64,000 nt of DNA from a bacterium (lineage in GTDB: Bacteria > Patescibacteriota > Dojkabacteria > SC72). The number at the start of each line of letters is the position of its first letter. Within the stretch, counting starts at the first letter, position 1. The stretch lies in contig JAIORF010000102.1 of the NCBI GenBank assembly GCA_021108295.1, positions 110,027-174,026 on the forward strand, given 5' to 3'. Position numbers and translations under genes: made by a program. Shown here piece by piece: positions 31,235 to 40,152 of the stretch. A model generated the notes under the pieces. The model was not told where the DNA came from. It saw nothing but the letters and a program-made list of their open reading frames with translations, and did not search any database.

Positions 31235-32050
31235 TTGATATATAATGGACATATGCAGATTATCTTAATCATATTCGCCTTTTTAGTAGGTATTGTATCT
31301 GCTAGTTTTCTTAATGCTTTGATGTATAGGTTGGATAAAGAATATAAGTATCCAAACATATTTGTTAAACCTTCTCATTGTGAGAAGTGTAATAAACAAT
31401 TAAAGAGTTATGATCTTGTTCCTATCTTGTCATACATCTTTTCTAGAGGTAAATGTAGTAAGTGTGGGTCTAAGATTACAGTCTACTATCCGATATCCGA
31501 GTTGATACTGGGTATTTCTTTTGCATTATTCTTTTTGAATGGTGTGTCATGGTTTATGTATTTTGTTTTAATCTTTCTCTTCTGTCTCTGCTATTTTGAT
31601 TATATTTATAAAGCTATACCCCAAGTCCCTACTCTACTATTTAATGTGTTGGGTATAATGTATGTGATAGTATTATCTGTTGTTGCGAAAGAGTTGGTAC
31701 TAAATGCTCTTCTCTCAGGGATATTGCTCTTGTCTGGTATGTGCATATTGCTAATTGTAATGTACGGAATTAAGGGTTTTACTATTAAAGATGGTCTAGA
31801 AGGATTAGGTAGTGGTGATTTCCTCATTCTTTTTGGTTTAAGTATGCTTTTGTCTATAGAACAGTTTTGGGTGATGTTCTGGATATCAATTCTACTTGCA
31901 CTACTCTTCTTTATACCGAGTTCCATATTAGGAAAGATGAATTTGAAATCCTCTCTTCCACTTCTACCTTTCTTTACTTTGGGATATATCGTAGTGGTAG
32001 TGTATGGTGAGAGTATATTTGAATATGTAGAGGGTGTGTTGATGATGTAG
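31235..32050 (+). CDS. pilD: Prepilin peptidase PilD (A24 family)
   Basis: N-terminal CEKC...CSKCG zinc-finger-like motif, 6-8 TM helices, catalytic Asp motifs FDYIYKAIP and GSGDFLILFG. Confidence 0.85.
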   Translation: MIYNGHMQIILIIFAFLVGIVSASFLNALMYRLDKEYKYPNIFVKPSHCEKCNKQLKSYDLVPILSYIFSRGKCSKCGSKITVYYPISELILGISFALFFLNGVSWFMYFVLIFLFCLCYFDYIYKAIPQVPTLLFNVLGIMYVIVLSVVAKELVLNALLSGILLLSGMCILLIVMYGIKGFTIKDGLEGLGSGDFLILFGLSMLLSIEQFWVMFWISILLALLFFIPSSILGKMNLKSSLPLLPFFTLGYIVVVVYGESIFEYVEGVLMM

Positions 32051-32112
32051 AGGGTTTACTAGGAGGTATTGATGACAAAAGGTATTTCGGCTATTATAGA
32101 GAGTGAAGTAAA

Positions 32113-32787
32113 TTGATTTACTGCCTAATGGAAAAGATAAGAGCGTATACATTAATGGAAATGTTAATTGTTATGACCATTATGGTGATTCTTCTCTCCG
32201 TTGGTATTTATTCATATGCCTCTTTTGCAAAGACTACTCAGTTTAATCAAGATGTGGCAGATATCCAAAATGATGTATTAATTATGCAAAGAGCTGCTAT
32301 GCTCTTTGAGAAAGATCCTGATGAATATTGGTTGTACGGTATTGGAATTGATTTTGAGGATCTTAGTAGTGGTGACGGGAAATATTCTTTTTTTAAGTGG
32401 TGTTCGGAGTATCCTGATTTCGGTGGTGTGAGGACTAAGAGTGAGTATCCTAATTACGATCCAGCCTATTCGTTTAGTGAGACTAACGGGAATATTCCAA
32501 CAGGTATATCTGAAGGGACTTGTAATGGCGCAATGAAGTTGGTTAAGTTGTCTGGATATGGTGTAGGGAATTTAAATCTGGATGAGGATGTATCTATTGC
32601 AAATGGTAGGTTTCTTCTTTTTGAAGCTGTGTCTGGTAGAGCTTTTATCTATGATTCTAGTGGTGTTTTGGTAAATGATGCAAATATTGAGATTACTTTG
32701 GATAAGAGGGTTGGTGATATACATGTGTTAGTTATTAAAAATTTAACAGGTAGAATTGAATTAATTAATATAGGGGATGATGAATAA
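32113..32787 (+). CDS. Minor pilin / pseudopilin
   Basis: (M)EKIRA|YTLMEMLIVMTIMVILL prepilin N-terminus with E at +5 and Ala at -1. Confidence 0.7.
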   Translation: MIYCLMEKIRAYTLMEMLIVMTIMVILLSVGIYSYASFAKTTQFNQDVADIQNDVLIMQRAAMLFEKDPDEYWLYGIGIDFEDLSSGDGKYSFFKWCSEYPDFGGVRTKSEYPNYDPAYSFSETNGNIPTGISEGTCNGAMKLVKLSGYGVGNLNLDEDVSIANGRFLLFEAVSGRAFIYDSSGVLVNDANIEITLDKRVGDIHVLVIKNLTGRIELINIGDDE

Positions 32788-33346
32788 AAGAATAAAAGCT
32801 TTGGGTTTTGTAGAAGTTATGATTGCTATAGTGGTAGTTGGTATTGTGTCTGCTGTTTTTCTTACCATTTCTGCTAGAGCAATGAAGGCTCTTGTACAAA
32901 CAGAAAGATTGGAATATATGTCTAGGATTGCTACGGATGGTGCCAATATTGCACAAGAGGTAGCTAATCAACAAAAGGCAGCATTAACTGGCGAGGGTCC
33001 TTACTTCCCCTCAGAGGCTATTGATGTAGGACGCTGTTTTATTCCGTTTAGAGAAGAGAGTGGAGAAAATGTGTTTTACTACTTCTTACGTGAGGAGGGA
33101 GGTATGGAGGGGCAGTTCATTTCAATTCTTAATGGTGATGATACGGAGACACGAGACCTTTTTATAGAAAATGGTGCAGATACACATGAAGACTATTTTC
33201 TTGTGATGTGTATTCAGTCTATGGATGCTACAGGTACTAGATGGGCTAATGTCGAGTTTAGGGTGGGTGATGTAAAGTTGGCTGGTGTACGAACTACGGA
33301 TAGTGATCTTAAAGATTTTAAATATTATGCCATTATTGATTTATGA
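32777..33346 (+). CDS. Minor pilin / pseudopilin
   Basis: MMNKRIKA|LGFVEVMIAIVVVGIV prepilin-like N-terminus (E at +5 if cleaved after KA). Confidence 0.6.
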   Translation: MMNKRIKALGFVEVMIAIVVVGIVSAVFLTISARAMKALVQTERLEYMSRIATDGANIAQEVANQQKAALTGEGPYFPSEAIDVGRCFIPFREESGENVFYYFLREEGGMEGQFISILNGDDTETRDLFIENGADTHEDYFLVMCIQSMDATGTRWANVEFRVGDVKLAGVRTTDSDLKDFKYYAIIDL

Positions 33347-34038
33347 AGAACTTTTTTAAAGCTTTTAGTTTGGTAGAGATGATAATTACGTTAGGTATTC
33401 TTTCTATAGTTATGCTTATAGCTACACAAACTCTTGTCACTATTGTTAGAGTTTCTTCTATTTCCAAATACAAAACGGTTACTAAGAATGAAATAGGGTT
33501 TTCCATGGAGTTAATAGATAGGTTGTTGTCGAATTCTAGTGTCGCTGATGTTTATGTGTATGATACTATTAATGCAAGACAGTATGATCCAGAGGCTGAA
33601 GCTATAGTAGAGGTTGATCCAGGGACTTATAATTTAGATGAGATATATAGTATAGAATTAGCCCCTGGGATTACTGGTAACGAAATACATGTTAGACCGT
33701 ATGGGTATGATATCTGGGCTTGCATAGCTCTTTTTATGGATGTAGACAATAGTAAGGGATATCTTGTGAAAAGAACAATGGGAAGTTTTGCTGATGGTCA
33801 TAAGTCTTGTTTTGATACAGGTGTTTCTCTTTCAGATCCCCTACTCGTTTTGGTGTCTGATGAGGTAATGGTTAATGAGTTTAAGGTGTCATATACTCAG
33901 AGTTCTTCTAACAACAACATCTTTTATGTAGATCTTGAGATGGAGCCTATATATTGGGTGGGTGGTAGTCATGCTGCTATAGGGAAGACTGTTTTTAGAC
34001 AGGCTGTAATTACAACTCAGGGTTTGACGTGGTATTAA
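33343..34038 (+). CDS. Minor pilin / pseudopilin
   Basis: MKNFFKA|FSLVEMIITLGILSIV prepilin N-terminus; overlaps the previous gene by 4 nt. Confidence 0.7.
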   Translation: MKNFFKAFSLVEMIITLGILSIVMLIATQTLVTIVRVSSISKYKTVTKNEIGFSMELIDRLLSNSSVADVYVYDTINARQYDPEAEAIVEVDPGTYNLDEIYSIELAPGITGNEIHVRPYGYDIWACIALFMDVDNSKGYLVKRTMGSFADGHKSCFDTGVSLSDPLLVLVSDEVMVNEFKVSYTQSSSNNNIFYVDLEMEPIYWVGGSHAAIGKTVFRQAVITTQGLTWY

Positions 34039-34042
34039 TTTA

Positions 34043-34987
34043 TTGTTAAATTATTGTATGATGAAAAAATATTACAAGGGACAGGCGTTAGCGATAGTTA
34101 TGGTGGTTTTAGTGGTTGCATCTATTATTGGTGTATCACTTTTCTCTAGGATAAGTAAGGATAAGGAGTCGGCGATTAATCAGCAGGACTCTGCTTTGGC
34201 AGAGGAGCAGTCTGATGGTATATTGGATATTTTTGTGGGTGCCGATGTTATAGCTTTGGAAACTAAAATAAGGGAAGGTGTGGGACCGTTTGAGAGTATC
34301 TCTAGTTCAGAGTTCGCCTCTTTTATTACTGATATTGGTGGAGATCCCGATGCATTACCTGATGAGGATGTAGGATGTCAGGAGGAGAGTTCAAGCATAT
34401 TGGTTACTGTTGGGCAGAGTGATGATGATGATTTTGTAGAAGTACAGCATGGTAGTGTGAGAGTTTATAGTTTAGATGGTGCTACGGTAGTAGCTCCATG
34501 TCTTCTAACTTGGAGATTTAGACCTGTAGATGAATCAGTTGCTTTCCTTGTTGCGTATATTATGAATGATGGGAGTGTTGTCACACAATCTGAAGAACAC
34601 TATTGTGTCACTTCAGATGGTTCTGCTTGTACTACAATTGAGAATGTAGAATATCTTAGTAGTTTTCTAAATACCGGAGATATGGCATCAGTTGGAGTTA
34701 TGGATGCTGATGGTGCTTATCCTAGGACTATTGATCTTGTTGCTAGGTTTGCAGCTGATGTGATAGAGATTCGTGTTATTCCTATTGCTGGTACATTGGC
34801 TGTGGCTGATTCGTTGAATGATGTGACCTGTATTGATAGGGAGTTTAGGTCTATTAAAGTTCGTTCGGAGGTTAATTGCAATGGTTCTTATAGGGGGAAG
34901 GAGATGCTTTTACCAGGTTCTGGTAATCTTGGTTATTCTCCTCTTTTTGATTATGCTATTTATGATAATGGTTTATTTCAACCTTAA
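34043..34987 (+). CDS. Pilin-like protein lacking Glu5 (PilX/ComGG-like candidate)
   Basis: MMKKYYKG|QALAIVMVVLVVASIIG hydrophobic N-terminus without E at +5. Confidence 0.4.
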   Translation: MLNYCMMKKYYKGQALAIVMVVLVVASIIGVSLFSRISKDKESAINQQDSALAEEQSDGILDIFVGADVIALETKIREGVGPFESISSSEFASFITDIGGDPDALPDEDVGCQEESSSILVTVGQSDDDDFVEVQHGSVRVYSLDGATVVAPCLLTWRFRPVDESVAFLVAYIMNDGSVVTQSEEHYCVTSDGSACTTIENVEYLSSFLNTGDMASVGVMDADGAYPRTIDLVARFAADVIEIRVIPIAGTLAVADSLNDVTCIDREFRSIKVRSEVNCNGSYRGKEMLLPGSGNLGYSPLFDYAIYDNGLFQP

Positions 34988-35007
34988 GGTATTTATTCTT
35001 TAGTAAT

Positions 35008-35391
35008 ATGGATAATAAAAAAACAATATTAATTATCGAAGACGAAAAGGTTTTGTTAGGGTCGTACTCAGAGGCTTTGGAGTCTAAAGGGTATTCTGTA
35101 TTAAAGGCCTTGGATGGTTACAAGGGGTTGGATATAATAGCGGAGAATATTGGTAAGATTAGTTTGATCCTTCTCGACCTTATGATGCCAGGTGTAGATG
35201 GTTTAGAAGTTCTTAGAACTATCAAGGATGATAAAGATAAGTATGGTAGTGTTCCCATTATTGCTCTTACCAACATGACATCAGAGAAGGTTATTAAGGA
35301 TGCTTTTGATTTGGGTGCGACATCATATTTAGTGAAAACGGACTTGGATTATGAGGGGTTAATAAAAGAGGTTAATAAATTCTTGGGTTAG
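35008..35391 (+). CDS. Stand-alone CheY-like response regulator receiver
   Basis: ILIIEDE, DLMMPGVDG (phospho-acceptor Asp), T and K positions conserved; 127 aa, no output domain. Confidence 0.8.
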   Translation: MDNKKTILIIEDEKVLLGSYSEALESKGYSVLKALDGYKGLDIIAENIGKISLILLDLMMPGVDGLEVLRTIKDDKDKYGSVPIIALTNMTSEKVIKDAFDLGATSYLVKTDLDYEGLIKEVNKFLG

Positions 35392-35449
35392 GTTCCCAAT
35401 CTTACGAGTTTCTGCTAATATGTAGATAATAATTTAAACTGTCTTAGCA

Positions 35450-36481
35450 ATGGCTAAACTGCCTGACCATGTAGGTGTTGATTTCGGTACACACTCAGTG
35501 AAAGCTGTCGAGCTTAAAGATATCACTACCCCTACTCCACAACTGGTTAATTTTGGAAGCCAAACAACTCCACAGGGTGTTATCAACAGTGAGGATAAAA
35601 ATGATCAGAAGAAATTATCTGAGGTGCTCAAGAAGCTCTATGGAGATAGTAAGATTAAGAACAAATCTGTAGTAGTTGCATTGCCTGAGTTTTCTGTATT
35701 TACTCGATTTCTAGAATTCCCTGGAGTAAAAAAAGAAGAGCTAGAAGATGCAGTTTTCTATGAAGCTAAACAATATATTCCAGTACCAATAGATGAGGTG
35801 AGAATGAGTTATGTAACCATTGGTTTTAATGAAGCTAAGAATGCTCCTCGTGTACTTCTTGTAGCTGCTCCTCTCAAGATTATAGATATATACAGAGATA
35901 TATGTGAGATGGCAGCATTAGATGTAATTGCAATAGAAACAGAGTCTGTAGCATTAGGAAGAGCCATGTATAGAGCTACTAAACAAAAGCATGTTGTTAT
36001 GTTGGATTTTGGTGCGAATAGTACAGATATGAGCATAATGCTCGATGGATATCTAGTGTTCTCTCAGAGTATCTCTATTGGGTCCGATTCTTTGACACAG
36101 TCAATAATTAATAAGTTTAATTTTGAGTATAAGCAGGCTGAGGAATACAAACGTAACTATGGAGTTGTAAAGAATGTCCTTGAAGGGAAAATATATCAAG
36201 TACTCTCCCCTATTCTGGAATCTATAATGCTTGAAGTAAGAAGAGGTATAGAGTTTTATAAAAACAAAACACTTGCACCTGCACCTACAAACTTTCTTCT
36301 TACTGGAGACGGTGCATTGCTTCCAGGTTTGTCGGAGTACATATCTTTTGCCTTAAATGTAAATGCTTCTATAGCTAACCCTTGGATGAACATTGTAGTG
36401 GATCAAAAATTTAAAGACATTATTTCCAAGAGTGGGCCTTCTTACTCTGTAGCAATTGGATTAGCACTTAAAGATGAATAA
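35450..36481 (+). CDS. pilM: Type IV pilus assembly protein PilM (actin-like ATPase fold)
   Basis: VGVDFGTHSVKAVEL N-terminal phosphate-1 motif, ~340 aa. Confidence 0.85.
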   Translation: MAKLPDHVGVDFGTHSVKAVELKDITTPTPQLVNFGSQTTPQGVINSEDKNDQKKLSEVLKKLYGDSKIKNKSVVVALPEFSVFTRFLEFPGVKKEELEDAVFYEAKQYIPVPIDEVRMSYVTIGFNEAKNAPRVLLVAAPLKIIDIYRDICEMAALDVIAIETESVALGRAMYRATKQKHVVMLDFGANSTDMSIMLDGYLVFSQSISIGSDSLTQSIINKFNFEYKQAEEYKRNYGVVKNVLEGKIYQVLSPILESIMLEVRRGIEFYKNKTLAPAPTNFLLTGDGALLPGLSEYISFALNVNASIANPWMNIVVDQKFKDIISKSGPSYSVAIGLALKDE

Positions 36482-37241
36482 TAATGAGGAGAAACAAAAT
36501 ATTGAGGTAGAGAAAAAGCAGAAGAAATCTTTTCTGTCTAATTTTGTTGAGATAGAGTCTAAAGAGAAGGTTGTTATTGAAACCAAGAATATAGCTCGTC
36601 AGGAGAAAGAAGTTAAAAAGATTAAGATAAAAGCTGAGATTGATGATGAATCACAACTCTCTGACCAAGAGAAACTACTGCTTCATACTGGTGCTGGTGT
36701 AAATCTAATACCAAAGAAATCAAAGGCTGAGGTTGTAAAAGCTAAGAAGAAGTTTTCTTTCAATGTTTCTTCTATGGTAAGTTTACTTTTGTTGGTAGTC
36801 CTTTCTTTGAGTGTTGTACTGTTTAATATTGTATCTAAGCAACAGCTGAATAGTGCAACAGAAGATTTGTTCCAGAAAGAGAGTGAGTTGGAGGTATATG
36901 GTGATATGATATTGTCAAATAATGAGATACTTGAGAGGATAGATCTTTATAAGCATTTAGAACAAGGAGTGTTTTCTCCAAAGGAAATAGTGGTATATGT
37001 TATGACAATAGTTGATAGAAGTGGCAGTATTGTTATCAGAACTTTTGATATTGGAAATGATTTGGGCTTTGAAATGAGTGGTAGTACTTCTGATTTGGCT
37101 GTAGTTGCCAAATTGTGGTATTTGTTAGGTATTGATGAAAATATTGATAATATTAATCTAGAATCTGTAGGGAAGAGTGATAAAGGGGCTTCGTTTTCGT
37201 TTAAGGGTCAACTAAATACATCTAACTTTATAGGGGATTAA
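36474..37241 (+). CDS. pilN: PilN-like bitopic protein
   Basis: Long charged N-terminal region, single TM (VSLLLLVVLSLSVVLFNIV), coiled coil, periplasmic domain; overlaps pilM by 8 nt. Confidence 0.55.
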   Translation: MNNNEEKQNIEVEKKQKKSFLSNFVEIESKEKVVIETKNIARQEKEVKKIKIKAEIDDESQLSDQEKLLLHTGAGVNLIPKKSKAEVVKAKKKFSFNVSSMVSLLLLVVLSLSVVLFNIVSKQQLNSATEDLFQKESELEVYGDMILSNNEILERIDLYKHLEQGVFSPKEIVVYVMTIVDRSGSIVIRTFDIGNDLGFEMSGSTSDLAVVAKLWYLLGIDENIDNINLESVGKSDKGASFSFKGQLNTSNFIGD

Positions 37242-37961
37242 ATGTCCATTGGTATTTCTAAGAACAATTTGGATAATAGAAAGGTTGGTAAGAAGCTAGC
37301 TACTATTAGTAAGAGGTCTAAGAAGAGTCAATTAGAGTTATCTGATTTGGTTATTCCGTTATCTTCTTTTGTAATATTAGTACTTCTTACATTCTTTGTG
37401 TTTATACCCATGGTTGAAACGGCAAATGAGAGTAGAGCTGAGTTAAAAGAAGTACAAGAAAAGTTGACAGCATTAAATACATTGGAGAGTAAGTTAGGAG
37501 AGATGAATGAGACTTCATTGTTGGAAGATTTGGTAATGGTCAAAACGATTATACCAAAGGTTTTACAAGTTTCAAGTTTTGTTTATTACATTGATACTCT
37601 TGCGATGAGTAAAGATTTGGTGACGAGAGAGATAAGTGCGGGGGATGTTAATATTGGAGGTGATCCTACTGAGTCCAAGACAAGTCAGGGTGTAAGTGGT
37701 CCGCTTTCCTACTCTGGTAGGTACGAGGATGTTCTAGATTTCTTGGAAGAGATGCAGGGGTATTCTCCATATTTAGTTACATTAAGAAACATTTCGTTGA
37801 CAGGAGGAGAAGAGAATTGGTCTGTGAGTTTTGATTTAGTTGGTTACTATATTCCAGAGGAGAGTAAGAAGTTGGATCTTTATGTGCCATTTACGCCATA
37901 TACTTCTTTTTCGGATATTATAGATAGTTTTTCACTTAGAGTAAGTAAGCTGGATGAATAG
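37242..37961 (+). CDS. pilO: PilO-like bitopic protein
   Basis: Single TM (FVILVLLTFFVFIPMV) followed by a coiled coil; starts 1 nt after pilN. Confidence 0.5.
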   Translation: MSIGISKNNLDNRKVGKKLATISKRSKKSQLELSDLVIPLSSFVILVLLTFFVFIPMVETANESRAELKEVQEKLTALNTLESKLGEMNETSLLEDLVMVKTIIPKVLQVSSFVYYIDTLAMSKDLVTREISAGDVNIGGDPTESKTSQGVSGPLSYSGRYEDVLDFLEEMQGYSPYLVTLRNISLTGGEENWSVSFDLVGYYIPEESKKLDLYVPFTPYTSFSDIIDSFSLRVSKLDE

Positions 37962-37978
37962 AAAGAGCAAAGATAAAA

Positions 37979-38001
37979 AAGCAACCACATTGTGGTTGCT
38001 T
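37979..38001 (-). terminator. Rho-independent terminator (bidirectional) between pilO and the rpsP-KH operon
   Basis: AAGCAACCAC-ATT-GTGGTTGCTT stem-loop; on the minus strand it is followed by TTTTTTATCTTT, 38 nt downstream of the KH gene stop. Confidence 0.65.
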
Positions 38002-38038
38002 TATACATTACTAATATGGATTCCTATATTAATAGGTT

Positions 38039-38335
38039 TTATAAATCGTCTGTAGAAATCTCTTCCATTTTACTTTCATCATCACTTGGTCTACGATCAT
38101 CTTTTAGCATAACTTTCACTCGTCTGTCATTTCTAATAGCGCTAATTGTTATGATATCTCTAATGGAGTTAATAGTTCTACCTTTCCTACCAATTACTAC
38201 ACCTTTGTCTGTTTCTGCAACTTCGATTGAGAGTATTGTTAAGCCAGGGAAGTCTACACTTTCTTTTTCTTCAACAGTAACATCGTCAGGGTTGTTCACT
38301 ATCGATTTGATTATGTGTTCTAGTAGTTCTTTCAT
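38039..38335 (-). CDS. KH-domain RNA-binding protein (YlqC/UPF0109-like)
   Basis: VVIGRKGRTINSIRDI GxxG KH motif; conserved position downstream of rpsP. Confidence 0.75.
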   Translation of the reverse strand: MKELLEHIIKSIVNNPDDVTVEEKESVDFPGLTILSIEVAETDKGVVIGRKGRTINSIRDIITISAIRNDRRVKVMLKDDRRPSDDESKMEEISTDDL

Positions 38336-38434
38336 TATCCTTAAGTAAATAATTTTAAATAGTGTATCAGATACACTTACATTATCTTATATCGGAGGGG
38401 AAATAAAATCAATACAGAAATTTACTTGAGTAAA

Positions 38435-38740
38435 TTACTCTTTTTTGTCCTTCTTAGCGCCTTTTGTGGTATTTGGTTTGGTAGAACCTCTTTTAAGAGA
38501 TTTTATTAATCCAAGTTTAACAAGGTAGTGTTTAACAGTATCTGTTGGTTGAGCTCCTTTAGATAACCACTTTTTTGCTTTAGCTTCATCTATATCAAAT
38601 GTTGAGGGACTTGTTCTAGGGTTGTAGTAACCAATTTCTTCAACGGTTCTGCCATCTCTTGGCTTAGCTGATTCCATCACTACTATTCTGTAATGTGGTT
38701 GTCCTTTTCTTCCTGTTCTTTTAAGTCTTATTTTTAGCAT
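38435..38740 (-). CDS. rpsP: 30S ribosomal protein S16
   Basis: [21 protein letters not shown]... canonical S16 N-terminus. Confidence 0.95.
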   Translation of the reverse strand: MLKIRLKRTGRKGQPHYRIVVMESAKPRDGRTVEEIGYYNPRTSPSTFDIDEAKAKKWLSKGAQPTDTVKHYLVKLGLIKSLKRGSTKPNTTKGAKKDKKE

Positions 38741-38766
38741 AACGATGAGATTTTAACAGATGAAAG

Positions 38767-39483
38767 TTATTTATTCAAGTCCTTTTCCATATATTCTAGC
38801 CCTTTTGATGCTGCTTCTTCTTCCGCTTTTTGTTTACTACTACCTCTCCCCTCGCCTATGACTTTATTTCCTAGTTTGACAGCTACTATGAATTCTCGGT
38901 CATGATCAGGGCCTATTTCTTTGATTACTTTGTATATAGGAGTGATTTTGTATTGAGATTGTGCAACCTCTTGTATTTTTGTTTTACTGTCAATATCTGA
39001 TCTGCTCTTCACGATTTCTGGGATCTTTGTAATTAGAATGCGATTAACCAACTCTTTACATTTCTCGTATCCTTGATCTATGTATATTGCACCAAGTACA
39101 GCTTCGAAGGTATTTGCAAGTAAGTAGTCTTTGTTTTCACCTCCAGATTCCTTTTCCCCTTTTGCCATTCTTAGGTATTTACCGTAGCCTAACTCTCTAG
39201 AGGCTATTGCTAGACTCTCTGTACGGACTATGGCTGATCGGAAACTTGTTAGTTCTCCTTCAGGTCTGTCAGAATATTCTTTGTAAAGGTGGTCTGAGAC
39301 AATTAGTTCTAGTACAGCGTCTCCCAAGAATTCCAGTCTCTCGTTGTGAGTTTTTTCCTGTCTATGTTCGTTTAGGTAAGATCTGTGAGTAAGTGCAGTT
39401 TTAAGTAGTGAGATATCGTTGAATTTTATACCTATTTTCTTTGCAAGACTATTTATCATTTTTGTTCTCCTTGTGGTTTTCAT
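38767..39483 (-). CDS. rnc: Ribonuclease III
   Basis: RNase III signature [15 protein letters not shown] and C-terminal dsRBD. Confidence 0.9.
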   Translation of the reverse strand: MKTTRRTKMINSLAKKIGIKFNDISLLKTALTHRSYLNEHRQEKTHNERLEFLGDAVLELIVSDHLYKEYSDRPEGELTSFRSAIVRTESLAIASRELGYGKYLRMAKGEKESGGENKDYLLANTFEAVLGAIYIDQGYEKCKELVNRILITKIPEIVKSRSDIDSKTKIQEVAQSQYKITPIYKVIKEIGPDHDREFIVAVKLGNKVIGEGRGSSKQKAEEEAASKGLEYMEKDLNK

Positions 39484-39898
39484 ATATTGCTCCTAGTACT
39501 CCATTTACAAATCTTCCATTTACCTCTTCTCCAAATTCTTTCGCTAATTCTATTGCTTCGTCAATGGCGACTTTAGGTGGTGTTGTTTTCCCTACGAAGC
39601 CTTCAAATATTGCAATTCTTAGTACTTGTATATCTACGAGTTTCATCTGTTCTATTGGCCATTGTGGTGCATATTGAGTGATGAGTTCGTCTATTGGCTT
39701 CCTATTCTCATTAACGCCTTTTACAATTGAGTCAACCATTTTCAAGAGATATTTATCTATTTCATCTATGTCAGCTAATTGTTCAGAGTTAAATTCTGAG
39801 ATGTTTGGATTAATATTTGTTTTATTAAAGTCGTGTGCAAAAAGCCGCTGTAAGGCTATCTGTCTTGAGAGATGTCTAGGGTCAGTTGCTCTTTTCAT
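39449..39898 (-). CDS. nusB: Transcription antitermination factor NusB
   Basis: [14 protein letters not shown]-terminal region and all-helical NusB fold length (149 aa). Confidence 0.85.
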   Translation of the reverse strand: MKRATDPRHLSRQIALQRLFAHDFNKTNINPNISEFNSEQLADIDEIDKYLLKMVDSIVKGVNENRKPIDELITQYAPQWPIEQMKLVDIQVLRIAIFEGFVGKTTPPKVAIDEAIELAKEFGEEVNGRFVNGVLGAIYENHKENKNDK

Positions 39899-39914
39899 GT
39901 ATTCTTTTTAAAAA

Positions 39915-40091
39915 CTATTTACTTTTCTTTGAAGTTCTTGCGTAGTAACCACAGTATGCACATTCGAAATGTGGTTTTTTGGCATGTCCACACTTAGGGC
40001 ATTTGTTTGTAGCTATACTTTTAAGTCCGTCTTGGGCTCTTCTTCTATTTTTTCTTCCTTTAGAAATCCTTCTTTTTGGTAATGCTGCCAT
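39915..40091 (-). CDS. rpmF: 50S ribosomal protein L32
   Basis: Not in the ORF track (58 aa). Minus-strand translation MAALPKRRISKGRKNRRRAQDGLKSIATNKCPKCGHAKKPHFECAYCGYYARTSKKSK with the CxxC...CxxC zinc ribbon typical of L32. Confidence 0.8.
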   Translation of the reverse strand: MAALPKRRISKGRKNRRRAQDGLKSIATNKCPKCGHAKKPHFECAYCGYYARTSKKSK

Positions 40092-40152
40092 TTCGTTTAT
40101 TTGTTATGTTAATCTTTGTGATTATATATAATTAATGGGGTTTATTCAATAT

